From positions 1-62,440 of the forward strand of contig CACDDB010000001.1 in NCBI GenBank assembly GCA_902551445.1: a stretch of 62,440 nucleotides of DNA, given 5' to 3'. This document shows positions 27,805 through 37,473 of the stretch, in pieces. The translations under genes and the position numbers were made by a program. The stretch is from an uncultured Pelagibacteraceae bacterium. GTDB lineage: Bacteria; Pseudomonadota; Alphaproteobacteria; Pelagibacterales; Pelagibacteraceae. The notes beneath the pieces were generated by a model. It ran no database searches, was not told the origin of the DNA, and saw only the letters and a list, made by a program, of their open reading frames with translations. The first letter of the stretch is position 1; each line of letters begins with the position of its first letter.

Positions 27805-30491
27805 CCAGTATTTTTCATTGCCGCAGATATGCCTGCTATTGATGTCATCATTGCATCATTAAGATATTTCTTATCATTAGATTTAAATCTTTTCTTTGAC
27901 ATTTTGTTCATAACTACGGCTTGTAGAATGTTTAAAACCTCAGAATAAATATTTCTAACTATGACTGTTGTTCTAAATTTTTTTCTTTGATTAATTATTT
28001 CTCTCGGTGTTATGTATTTATTTAATTTTTTAATTGTTTCAAACTCAGATCTAAGTTTTTTACCCACTTCTCTTAATTTTTTGTCTGCAAGGCTATTTTC
28101 ATAAACCTCTGATATCTCTGGGTCAACTTTTGAAATAACCATGTCTAAAATATCCATTGTAGAATTAAAAAATGGCCAATTTTTTTCCATATCTGTAAGA
28201 ATGGTTTTATAATTTTTAACTGATGAATATTGTAAGGCATCACCAGTTCCCAACCAAGCAGGCAACATTAATCTTATTTGCGTCCATGCAAATACCCAAG
28301 GTATTGCTCTTAAACTTTGAATGTTATCTACATTTTTTCTTTTAGAAGGTCGTGATCCTATTGACAATTTTCCAAGCGCCAAGTGTGGTGTAACAGTTTT
28401 AAAATATCTTATAAAATCTGAGTTCTCATTTATATTTTTTCTATAAGCTGAGGTAGAAATTTTTGTCATTTCTTCAATTAATTTTCTCCAACTATCTTTA
28501 GGAAATGGAGGTGGATTTAAAGTAGCCTGCATTACAGACCCTATGTAGCTACATAAATTATATTTCGCTAAAGGTTCATAGCCATATTTTTGTTGGATCA
28601 TTTCTCCTTGGTCAGTAATTCTAATACGGCCATATATCGAATTTGGCGGTTGAGACCTCATCGTTGCTTGAATTGGCCCTCCACCTCTTCCGTGTGAACC
28701 GCCCCTACCATGGAAAAAAGTGATGTCAATTTTATATTTTTTTGCGATGATTAAAACTTCTTCTTGAAGTTTATATTGATGCCAGCTAGCAGATAATTTT
28801 CCAGCATCTTTGCTAGAGTCTGAATAACCAATCATAATTTCTTGTTTGTTTTTGGTTAATTTTCTATACCAACTTAATGAAAAAAGTTTTTCCATAATTG
28901 ATTTTGCATTTTTTAAATCTTGCAAAGTTTCAAAAAGTGGAACTACTCTTAATTTATTTTGAATATTTGCCTGCATTTGCATTAAATAAACTGCTAAGAC
29001 ATCCGAAGCCGCTGAAGTCATTGATATTACATAAGCACCTAAACATTCTGATGGTTCATCAGCTAAAAGTTTAAAAGTTGACCAAACTTCTTTATTTTCT
29101 TTATTTTTAAAATTAAAATTTTTGAAACTTTTTCTATTTTTCTTCATTTCACTTACTAAATAATTTATTTTTTTATTTTCATCCCAATTTAAATAATTAG
29201 AGTTATTTTTTTTCTTTACATATTCTGCTAATAGCTGTGAATGTCTTGATGACTCTTGTCTTATGTCTAATTTTGCTAGATTTATACCGAAACATTTAGC
29301 TCTTCTCATTAAATCAAGCAAATCACCACTTGCAATATTTTCATTTTGGTTTTGTTCTAATGACTCTCGTACAACTCTTAAGGGTTTTAGAATTTCCTCT
29401 TTAGAAGATAAAAGTTTTTTTTCATCTAATGGTTTTTTTGCTACCAAATGTCTTTCTATTAATCTATGTGTCTTTCTCATTTTATCTCTTAATGGTCTTA
29501 AATAAACTCTATAAGGTTCAAAAGTTTTTCCAGTAGTTTTTAGAATTCTTTTTGAACATTTTTCCATTGAAAGTCCGCTAATTAATTTTGTTAATTCTTT
29601 CTCGTATAACTTTGCTGCTTCCCATCTTGATAAAAGTATTACTTCTTTAGTTATGGTTGCTGTTACATTTGGATTACCATCTCTATCTCCTCCCATCCAA
29701 GATCCAAATTCAATTGGATTAAAATTTTTAGGTAAACCCTTTCCCATATTTTTTATGAAAATAGCGTTTAATCTTCTATAAACTTTTGGAATAGTTTCCC
29801 AAAGACTATCTTCGATCACCGCTAATCCCCACCTTGCTTCTTCGGAAGGAGTTGGTTTGAATCGTTTTATATCATCAGTATTCCAAATAATTGTAAACTC
29901 ATCATAAAGTTTTTTATCTAAAATTTTTAATCGTGATGGTTTATCCTTCAAAAGATTTCTTTGATCCATTATCTCTGTTATTTTGTGGTATTTTTGTATT
30001 AAAGTTCTTCTTTTAACTTCAGTTGGATGGGCTGTAAGAACTATTCCAATATGAAGGTTTTTTGCAATATTATAAATTTTTTGAGGTTTAATTTTTTTGT
30101 TTTTAAAAAGATTTTCGAAAATTTCCTCAATAAAAATATTTTTATGTTTATCTTTCAAACCAGAATTTTCAAATTCATCTAGTTTTCTAGAGGCATCTAC
30201 GGATTCAGAAATATTAATAAAATTCATAAAGTGAGTAAATGCTCTTGCTAATTTAAATATTTTAATTGGTTTGAGTCTTTGAATTTCTGAAGTAATTTTA
30301 TTAAATCTATTTTTATTATTTTTATTTTTAGTGTTTGCTTTTGACAGCAATCTTATTTTCTCTACTAAGTGAAAAAAACCTTCTCCTTCTTGTTTTTTTA
30401 TTACTCTCCCTAAAATATTCCCTAAATACCTGACATCGTCCCTCAAAGATTTTGTGGGTATTCTTTCGTAATAGAGATCTCTTTTTAGCAT
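27801..30491 (-). CDS. ppc: Phosphoenolpyruvate carboxylase
   Basis: LTAHPTE, GGDRDGNP, MIGYSDSSKDAG, FHGRGG, LRAIPW, C-terminal MKNTG. Confidence 0.96.
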   Translation of the reverse strand: MLKRDLYYERIPTKSLRDDVRYLGNILGRVIKKQEGEGFFHLVEKIRLLSKANTKNKNNKNRFNKITSEIQRLKPIKIFKLARAFTHFMNFINISESVDASRKLDEFENSGLKDKHKNIFIEEIFENLFKNKKIKPQKIYNIAKNLHIGIVLTAHPTEVKRRTLIQKYHKITEIMDQRNLLKDKPSRLKILDKKLYDEFTIIWNTDDIKRFKPTPSEEARWGLAVIEDSLWETIPKVYRRLNAIFIKNMGKGLPKNFNPIEFGSWMGGDRDGNPNVTATITKEVILLSRWEAAKLYEKELTKLISGLSMEKCSKRILKTTGKTFEPYRVYLRPLRDKMRKTHRLIERHLVAKKPLDEKKLLSSKEEILKPLRVVRESLEQNQNENIASGDLLDLMRRAKCFGINLAKLDIRQESSRHSQLLAEYVKKKNNSNYLNWDENKKINYLVSEMKKNRKSFKNFNFKNKENKEVWSTFKLLADEPSECLGAYVISMTSAASDVLAVYLMQMQANIQNKLRVVPLFETLQDLKNAKSIMEKLFSLSWYRKLTKNKQEIMIGYSDSSKDAGKLSASWHQYKLQEEVLIIAKKYKIDITFFHGRGGSHGRGGGPIQATMRSQPPNSIYGRIRITDQGEMIQQKYGYEPLAKYNLCSYIGSVMQATLNPPPFPKDSWRKLIEEMTKISTSAYRKNINENSDFIRYFKTVTPHLALGKLSIGSRPSKRKNVDNIQSLRAIPWVFAWTQIRLMLPAWLGTGDALQYSSVKNYKTILTDMEKNWPFFNSTMDILDMVISKVDPEISEVYENSLADKKLREVGKKLRSEFETIKKLNKYITPREIINQRKKFRTTVIVRNIYSEVLNILQAVVMNKMSKKRFKSNDKKYLNDAMMTSIAGISAAMKNTG

Positions 30492-30517
30492 TTGGTATAA
30501 ACTATTTGCTTTATATT

Positions 30518-31408
30518 TTAAGTTTTACTATTTAAAGCTAACTTTACAGTTTCTCCCATAACTGATGGGTTTTTTGAAATAGAAACTCCACATTCTTTTA
30601 AAAGTTCAACTTTCTCAACTGCACTTTCTCCATAGGCAGACACAATTGCACCTGCATGTCCCATAACTCTTCCTTTTGGAGCTGTTAATCCAGCTATGTA
30701 AGCTATAACTGGTTTTTTCATATTTTCTTTTGCAAACTTACCTGCTGCAACTTCTTGTGGTCCTCCTATTTCCCCGATCATTAAAACTGCCTTGGTTTCA
30801 TCATCTTCTTCAAATTTTTCCAATATATCTTTAAAAGAACTACCGTTTATAGGATCTCCACCTATTCCTACACTAGTTGATATACCTATGTTTAAATTTT
30901 TTAATTGTTGTGCCGCTTCATAACCCAAAGTACCTGATCTTCCAATAATTCCAACATTGCCTTCTTTATATATGTGTCCCGGCATAATTCCCAACATTGC
31001 CTTTCCTGGACTAATAACTCCAGCGCAGTTTGGTCCTATTAATGTCATCTTCTCTACTCTTGAATATCTTCTCATATAACGTTTTATTTTTATCATGTCA
31101 TGCGAAGGTATCCCGTCAACTATCGCAACACATGTTTTTATTCCTGCATCAGCTGCTTCCATGGCTGAGTCTGCAGCAAAAGCTGGTGGAACAAATAATA
31201 TTGAAGCTGTAGCTCCGGTTTTTTTTACAGCTTCTTTAACGGTATTAAATACTGGAAGATTTAAGTGTGTTAAACCTCCTTTTCCGGGAGTCACTCCTCC
31301 TACTATACTTGATCCATATTTTATCATTTCTTCTGCGTGGAAAGATCCCATTTTCCCAGTAAATCCTTGAATTAAAATTTTTGTTTTTTTATCAATTAAA
31401 ACTGCCAT
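30518..31408 (-). CDS. mtkB: Malate-CoA ligase (malate thiokinase) alpha subunit, SucD-like
   Basis: QGFTG..GSFH, KRYMRRY...KMTLIGPNCAG, phospho-His motif MGHAGA; lies between mtkA and ppc. Confidence 0.82.
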   Translation of the reverse strand: MAVLIDKKTKILIQGFTGKMGSFHAEEMIKYGSSIVGGVTPGKGGLTHLNLPVFNTVKEAVKKTGATASILFVPPAFAADSAMEAADAGIKTCVAIVDGIPSHDMIKIKRYMRRYSRVEKMTLIGPNCAGVISPGKAMLGIMPGHIYKEGNVGIIGRSGTLGYEAAQQLKNLNIGISTSVGIGGDPINGSSFKDILEKFEEDDETKAVLMIGEIGGPQEVAAGKFAKENMKKPVIAYIAGLTAPKGRVMGHAGAIVSAYGESAVEKVELLKECGVSISKNPSVMGETVKLALNSKT

Positions 31409-31410
31409 AA

Positions 31411-32574
31411 TTACTTTCCTAAAGCTTTTACTGCTTTGTTTGCTGCGTCTTCTAGTGTGTTTGCTTCAATGTACTTTATTTTACTTTCTTGTAATATTTT
31501 ATTTCCTTTATCAACATTTGTGCCAGCTAATCTTATTACTAAAGGAACTTTAATTTCTATTTTTTGAAGTGCTTGTACAATGCCTTCGGCAACCCAGTCA
31601 CATCTATTTATTCCAGCAAAAATGTTTACTAATATAACTTTAACTTTTTCATCCATTGAAATTAGTTTAAATGCTTTAACTATTTTTTCAGGAGTAGCTC
31701 CGCCTCCTACGTCTAAAAAGTTTGCAGGTTCACCTCCTGCTAATTTTATCATGTCCATGGAAGCCATTGCTAGTCCTGCTCCATTAATTATATTCCCTAT
31801 ATTTCCTTCAAGACTTACATAGTTAAGACCTCTATCAGAAGCATATACTTCGTTAGCATTTTCTTGGGTTTTGTCTCTTAATTCAGATACTTGGTTTCTT
31901 CTAAATAAAGCATTGTTATCAAAACTCATTTTACAATCTAAAGCTAATATTTGATCTTGACTAGAAATAACAAGTGGATTCACTTCGACCATTGTTGCGT
32001 CTAACTCGCTAAAAGCTCTATAACATCCAATTATAGTATCTGCGGCTCTTGCAATTAGTTTTGGCTCAATTTTTAATCCAAATGCTATTTCTCTTGCTTG
32101 AAACTTTTGCATTCCAACCGCAACCTCTATTTTAGATCTTATTATCGTTTCGGGTTTCTTTTTTGAAATTTCTTCAACACTCATTCCTCCTTCTGTAGAA
32201 GCAACAACCATTATGCTTTCTGAGCTCCTATCAAAAACTAATCCTAAATATAATTCTTTTTTAATTTCAGTAGCTTCTTCAATGTAAACTCTATTTGTAA
32301 TTTTGCCTTCAGGGCCAGTCTGATTTGTAACCAGTTTTTTTCCTAAAAGTTTATCTGCTGCTTGGGCAACCTCTAACGCACTATTACAAACAATAATACC
32401 TCCTGCTTTTCCTCGAGCACCTGAGTGTATCTGGGCTTTAACAACCCATCTAGATCCTCCAAGTTCCCTTGCTTTATTTTCTGCATTTTCAGGGCTATAG
32501 ACAATTCCACCTCTAGGAATAGTTACGCCAAATCCTGATAAAATTTTTTTTGCCTGATATTCGTGTATATCCAT
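31411..32574 (-). CDS. mtkA: Malate-CoA ligase (malate thiokinase) beta subunit, SucC-like
   Basis: MDIHEYQAK, KAQIHSGARGKAGG, NIFAGINRCDWVAEG (MtkA-type as recalled, versus NIFGGI in SucC). Confidence 0.85.
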   Translation of the reverse strand: MDIHEYQAKKILSGFGVTIPRGGIVYSPENAENKARELGGSRWVVKAQIHSGARGKAGGIIVCNSALEVAQAADKLLGKKLVTNQTGPEGKITNRVYIEEATEIKKELYLGLVFDRSSESIMVVASTEGGMSVEEISKKKPETIIRSKIEVAVGMQKFQAREIAFGLKIEPKLIARAADTIIGCYRAFSELDATMVEVNPLVISSQDQILALDCKMSFDNNALFRRNQVSELRDKTQENANEVYASDRGLNYVSLEGNIGNIINGAGLAMASMDMIKLAGGEPANFLDVGGGATPEKIVKAFKLISMDEKVKVILVNIFAGINRCDWVAEGIVQALQKIEIKVPLVIRLAGTNVDKGNKILQESKIKYIEANTLEDAANKAVKALGK

Positions 32575-32575
32575 T

Positions 32576-33514
32576 TTATTTACTTTGAATAAGTTTATCT
32601 ATGTTTACTATATTTTCGGCCATACGTGCGGAGGCAGCATCAATCATTCTTCCGTCTAATTGTGCTGCACCTTTACCTTCTTTTGCTGCTTTGTCTAATT
32701 CTTTAAGAATTCTTTTGGCCTTACTTACCTCTGATTCAGGAGGTGAAAAAACTTTATTGGCTAGATCAATTTGTGATGGATGTATTGCCCACTTTCCTTC
32801 AATACCAATTGCTGCTGCTCTTTTAGCAGATGCTATGTAAGCATCTGGGTCATTAAAATCTCCAAACGGTCCATCAATAGCTCTTAATCCATAAGCTCTA
32901 CAAGTCATAACTAGTTGTGACAAACCATGATGCCATTGATCTCCAGGATAATCAGGATTTAATCCTCCTATTATAACTGTCCTTGCTCTTAAGCTTGCCG
33001 CATAATCGGCGACGCCGAAATGAAGTGCTTCCAGTCTACTGCTTGACTTTGCTATTTCTTTAATATTTGACATACCTAATGCCGTCTCAATTAAACACTC
33101 AATACCAATTTTGTTTTTTATTTTTTTACTTGTTTCGATTTGAGTCAATAAGCAATCAACCATATATACATCGCTGAATGTTCCTGCTTTTGGAATAAGT
33201 ATTGTGTCGACTTTTTCACCTGCTTCTTCTACAATTTCCACAAGGTCCCTATACATATAATGTGTATCTAGGCTATTAATTCTTACAGAAATAGTTTTTC
33301 CTTTTTCTTTCCAATTAATCTCTTTAAGAGCCTTTATAACATTTGCTCGGGCTGAAATTTTATCATTTGGAGAAACCGCATCTTCAAGATCTAAAAATAT
33401 GTAGTCAGCATTAGAATTTAACGCCTTCTCAAACATTTTAGGAGAAGATCCAGGCACGGCCAATTCACTCCTATGCAACCTAGACTTTGCTGGCTTATAA
33501 AATTGATGGCTCAT
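32576..33514 (-). CDS. mcl: Malyl-CoA lyase (CitE family)
   Basis: RSELAVPGS, LDLEDAV, LHFGVADYAAS, DGPFGDF, GKWAIHPSQ; first gene of the mtkAB-ppc operon. Confidence 0.87.
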   Translation of the reverse strand: MSHQFYKPAKSRLHRSELAVPGSSPKMFEKALNSNADYIFLDLEDAVSPNDKISARANVIKALKEINWKEKGKTISVRINSLDTHYMYRDLVEIVEEAGEKVDTILIPKAGTFSDVYMVDCLLTQIETSKKIKNKIGIECLIETALGMSNIKEIAKSSSRLEALHFGVADYAASLRARTVIIGGLNPDYPGDQWHHGLSQLVMTCRAYGLRAIDGPFGDFNDPDAYIASAKRAAAIGIEGKWAIHPSQIDLANKVFSPPESEVSKAKRILKELDKAAKEGKGAAQLDGRMIDAASARMAENIVNIDKLIQSK

Positions 33515-33642
33515 ACCTATATTATATTTTTTTAAGCATTCCTTAAAAATAATATTATTAAGGTATTATTTTTATATATAGTTTTTAGTAGTAAAAAATA
33601 GGATTTAATAACTTTTTTTGTTTTGTTAGGGACTCGGTATAT

Positions 33643-34971
33643 ATGTCAAATTTGCCTACAAAAGCAAAGGTTGTTATAATCGGAGGAGGTATTCATGGCT
33701 TAAGTACAGCATGGAAACTTTCAGAAACATACAAAAATCCAAATGACATTGTTGTATTAGAAAAAAAAGATACAGCAGCGGGTGCTAGTGGAATAGCTTG
33801 TGGAGTAGTTAGAAACAACTACTTTCAGCCAGCAATGAGACAATTAATGGCTCACTCTGTTGAAGTTTGGGAAAGTGATCCAAAAGCATTTAAATACAAT
33901 CCAGTAGGATACATGCAAATCTCACCTGAAATTATGCATAAAGATGTTGCAAGTATTTACGAGCAACAAAAGGCTATTGGTTATGAATCTGTATTCATTG
34001 AAGGCGAAAAAGATTGCATGAAATATATGAAGGGAATGTTTGATGATTGGCAAGCACAAGGAATAACTTCTGTTCTTCATGAAAAAAAAGGTGGATACGC
34101 ATTTAATAAAGATTCAATTAAAGCAATAGAAAGTAAAGCTAACGCTAATGGAGTAAATGTTCATAAGGGGGTTAAGGTAACGGGTTTTAAAAGAGGAAGT
34201 AATAGTAACGCTATAACAGGAGTAGAAACTAATAAAGGAACGATAGATTGTGATCAAGTGGTAATTGGAGCTGGTCCCTGGGTGAGAGATTTTTGGAACA
34301 TGTTAGATTTACCAAAAACAACTGATGTAAAAAGTAAAGATGGAAAAATGCATACCGTAGATATGTGGACATACTGGTTTTTACAAGAAGGTGTTTTAGG
34401 TGTTGATGCGGACTATTTAAGAACTAATGATGGAAAACTACCCCCTGTCATTCATGTTGATACAGATGCTCCGTTGTATTCTGATAAAGATAAAAAGCTA
34501 ATAACTGATAAACTTTGGGGAATTTATTATAAACCGGATATTGAAGGTTTGGGTGTGCAAGGTGGTACTTCTCCTTACATAGTGCAAAAACATTTTGATG
34601 AAGTAAAAGTGGATCCATATGGAATTGAGTCACCAGACTACCAAACTACAGATGCATTTTCTGAAATGTGGACATCTGCTTTGGCTCATTGTCAAAAACG
34701 TTTTGAAGGAAAGTCCAATTTATATAGAAAAGGTCCTTCAGGTGGATTGGGCTGTTTAACACCAGACTCATTTCCTATCTTCGATAGATTTTGTGAAAAT
34801 GTTTATATGATAGCTGATGCAAACCATGGTTATAAAATGTTAGGTGTTGGTCATTTAGTTGCTCAGGAAATCTTAGGGAAAGAAAGTGAATTATTAAAAC
34901 CATTTAGATTCAACCGATACGCGAAGGGAGAATTGCACCCCACTTCGAACAGTCCTTTTCCTTGGAGTTAA
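33643..34971 (+). CDS. mgdA: FAD-dependent oxidoreductase, N-methylglutamate dehydrogenase subunit A / SoxB-like
   Basis: GGGIHG, GASGIACGVVRNNYFQP, NHGYKM, C-terminal SNSPFPWS; NMG pathway context. Confidence 0.7.
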   Translation: MSNLPTKAKVVIIGGGIHGLSTAWKLSETYKNPNDIVVLEKKDTAAGASGIACGVVRNNYFQPAMRQLMAHSVEVWESDPKAFKYNPVGYMQISPEIMHKDVASIYEQQKAIGYESVFIEGEKDCMKYMKGMFDDWQAQGITSVLHEKKGGYAFNKDSIKAIESKANANGVNVHKGVKVTGFKRGSNSNAITGVETNKGTIDCDQVVIGAGPWVRDFWNMLDLPKTTDVKSKDGKMHTVDMWTYWFLQEGVLGVDADYLRTNDGKLPPVIHVDTDAPLYSDKDKKLITDKLWGIYYKPDIEGLGVQGGTSPYIVQKHFDEVKVDPYGIESPDYQTTDAFSEMWTSALAHCQKRFEGKSNLYRKGPSGGLGCLTPDSFPIFDRFCENVYMIADANHGYKMLGVGHLVAQEILGKESELLKPFRFNRYAKGELHPTSNSPFPWS

Positions 34972-35040
34972 ACTTACTGTGTGGACACAAATAAAAATAT
35001 CAGCTAACTTTTATGTTATAAAAATTCTTTAAGGGGGACA

Positions 35041-36510
35041 ATGACTGATCTAGAAAAACATGTAAATCAACCAGGCAGAGATAAACTTGTTAAAAAAGTT
35101 AGAGAAAAAATTAATGAATTAGGAATTACATATATTTATTACCAATTTATATCTGTAACAGGACGTGTTGTTGGTAAAGGAATTCCTGCAGACCATTGGG
35201 AAAGAACTGCAGAAAAAGGTTTTCAATTGGTTTATGGATCTACTGCTAACTTATTTGTAGACAGACATAAAAATTATATTGGTTACGGTCCAGAAGCAAT
35301 GGAGCTTGTTGGCATACCTGATCCTGAAACTTTCTGTCAATTACCTTGGGACAAAAGAATTGGAAGAGTTTTTGTTACATGTTTTAGAAATAGAGAGGAA
35401 AGACAAAATCCAGGAGGACATTTAACCTCTGATTGTCGAGGAAACCTAAGAATATTTATGGATGAATTTCAGAAAAAACATGGATTAGAATTGAGAGTTG
35501 GAACTGAACCTGAAATGATGTGGTTGACAAAGAATCCTGATGGAACTCCTACTGGATCAGGTTTTTCTAAACCATACTGTTATCACATTGATCAATTTGA
35601 GTCGTTGAGACCTGTATTTATGAAAGTAATTGAATATGCTTCAGCCATGGGTTTAGATATGATTCAAGGTGACCATGAAGATGCGCCAGGACAATTAGAA
35701 TTAAACTGGACATATGATAATGTCTTAAGAAACGCTGATAGACTTTCTACTTACAGGCAAATTTGTGCACAAGTAGCAAGGGAACACAATTTAATAGCAT
35801 GCTTTATGACAAAACCATTTATGGGTGTATCTGCAAGTGGTTGTCATACAAACATGTCTTTATGGAAAGGCGGAAAAATTGTAACAAACAAATTAGGTCA
35901 TAAAAAATTACCAGGAGTAGAGGAAGTTTTTGGCTATGTACAGGGAGGCACAAATACTTTTATGCCTGATACTAAAGACATGCAATTACCTGGTAAAATT
36001 GGTTTACAATCCATTGCCGGAATAATGGAACACTTGCCTGCTTTAACTGCATTAGGATCTTCAACAGTTAATTCTTACAGAAGACTTTGGGATCAGGGTT
36101 TCTGGGCTCCAGTTTATGCTGATTGGGGATATCAAAATAGAACTTGCGGTTTAAGAGTATCAGCTCCTGGAAGATTCGAATATAGGTCGGTTGATTCAAT
36201 GCACAATCCATATCTATTGGGTGCAGCTATATTAAAAGCGTGTGACCATGGTATTTCAAAAAAACTAGTTCCATCTAAGCCTGAGTCTAGAAGTATGTAT
36301 GAAGCTAAAAAAGAAGGTAAAGATGTCAAAAAACTTCCATTAAGTTTGGGTGAAGCATTGGATAGACTATCTGAAGATGAAGTTATTAAATCAGCATTGC
36401 CAGATGAGATGTATAAAGTTTTCCATTGGTATAAGAATGATGAGTGGGAAAAATTCTTAGGTGCTACAACTCAATGGGATTTAGATACTTATTTGGATTG
36501 TCTTCCATAG
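35041..36510 (+). CDS. Glutamine synthetase-like (gamma-glutamyl ligase) protein
   Basis: GTEPE, DHEDAPGQLE, TKPF, SGCH.N.S, NSYRRL, NRT..LR, RFEYR. Confidence 0.85.
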   Translation: MTDLEKHVNQPGRDKLVKKVREKINELGITYIYYQFISVTGRVVGKGIPADHWERTAEKGFQLVYGSTANLFVDRHKNYIGYGPEAMELVGIPDPETFCQLPWDKRIGRVFVTCFRNREERQNPGGHLTSDCRGNLRIFMDEFQKKHGLELRVGTEPEMMWLTKNPDGTPTGSGFSKPYCYHIDQFESLRPVFMKVIEYASAMGLDMIQGDHEDAPGQLELNWTYDNVLRNADRLSTYRQICAQVAREHNLIACFMTKPFMGVSASGCHTNMSLWKGGKIVTNKLGHKKLPGVEEVFGYVQGGTNTFMPDTKDMQLPGKIGLQSIAGIMEHLPALTALGSSTVNSYRRLWDQGFWAPVYADWGYQNRTCGLRVSAPGRFEYRSVDSMHNPYLLGAAILKACDHGISKKLVPSKPESRSMYEAKKEGKDVKKLPLSLGEALDRLSEDEVIKSALPDEMYKVFHWYKNDEWEKFLGATTQWDLDTYLDCLP

Positions 36511-36531
36511 CAATTATTAGGAGAAAAAAAT

Positions 36532-37473
36532 ATGTGCGGAATAGCTGGGCTTATTCATAGAGGTAAGTCCTCAAATGTGGGTGAAGAACTGCAAAGCATG
36601 CTTCAGGCTTTAAAACACAGAGGTCCTGACTCTACAGGATATGCTTTGTATGCAGACAATGACGGTCAAAACTTCATAATGAGATTTAAAGTTGGTGAGA
36701 ACGTAGCAGAAGGAAGTACCTCTGCTAATGAAGATGCAAGTGTATATGATGAAAGAAAAAAATTAGTAGATAAAAATCTTTCAGATTTAGGTGCAACAAT
36801 TGTTAAAGAAGAAAGGTTGACTCCGTATTCTTTTAGATACGAAATTAAATACGATAAGGATCTAATGGAATTTTCAAAAAAAATTGAAAGTGTTGAAATG
36901 GTTGAAATTCTTTCTATAGGAAAATCTCTTGAACTAATTAAAGATCTTGGAGACGCAGCTGCAGTCTCAGAAAGATATGGTTTAAATAAAGTAAAAGGAA
37001 CACATGCAATAGGTCACGCAAGAATGGCTACTGAGTCTGGTGTTGACATTAAATCAGCTCACCCTTTCTGGGGCTATCCTTTTAGTGATGTATCTGTTGT
37101 TCACAATGGTCAATTAACAAACTATTGGAATAATAGAAGAGCCTTAGAAAATAAAGGCATGAGATTTATGTCTGAATGCGACTCTGAACTTATTGCGGTA
37201 TATTTGGCAGAAAAAATGAGAAATGGTGCAACTTTAGAGGAAGGCATGAAAGATTCACTATCTGGATTAGATGGAGTTTTTACTTACTTTGTTGCAACAA
37301 AAGATTCGCTTGGAATGGCTAAAGACACTATGGCTGCTAAACCGTTAGTATTATATGAGTCAGACGATTTGGTAGCGATGGGTTCTGAAGAAATAGCAAT
37401 TAGATCTATACTTCCACAAGAAATAACAACTTATGATCCTTTTGATGGAGAAGTAAAAGTATGGCAAATTTAA
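36532..37473 (+). CDS. mgsA: N-methylglutamate synthase subunit A (class II glutamine amidotransferase, GlxB-like)
   Basis: MCGIAG, HRGPDSTG, GHARMATES, HNGQL, DSE. Confidence 0.82.
   Translation: MCGIAGLIHRGKSSNVGEELQSMLQALKHRGPDSTGYALYADNDGQNFIMRFKVGENVAEGSTSANEDASVYDERKKLVDKNLSDLGATIVKEERLTPYSFRYEIKYDKDLMEFSKKIESVEMVEILSIGKSLELIKDLGDAAAVSERYGLNKVKGTHAIGHARMATESGVDIKSAHPFWGYPFSDVSVVHNGQLTNYWNNRRALENKGMRFMSECDSELIAVYLAEKMRNGATLEEGMKDSLSGLDGVFTYFVATKDSLGMAKDTMAAKPLVLYESDDLVAMGSEEIAIRSILPQEITTYDPFDGEVKVWQI

Noticed and set aside
30518-32574. Ordinary TCA-cycle sucCD
   Set aside because: The context is mcl/ppc rather than mdh/sucAB, and the motifs are of malate-thiokinase type.
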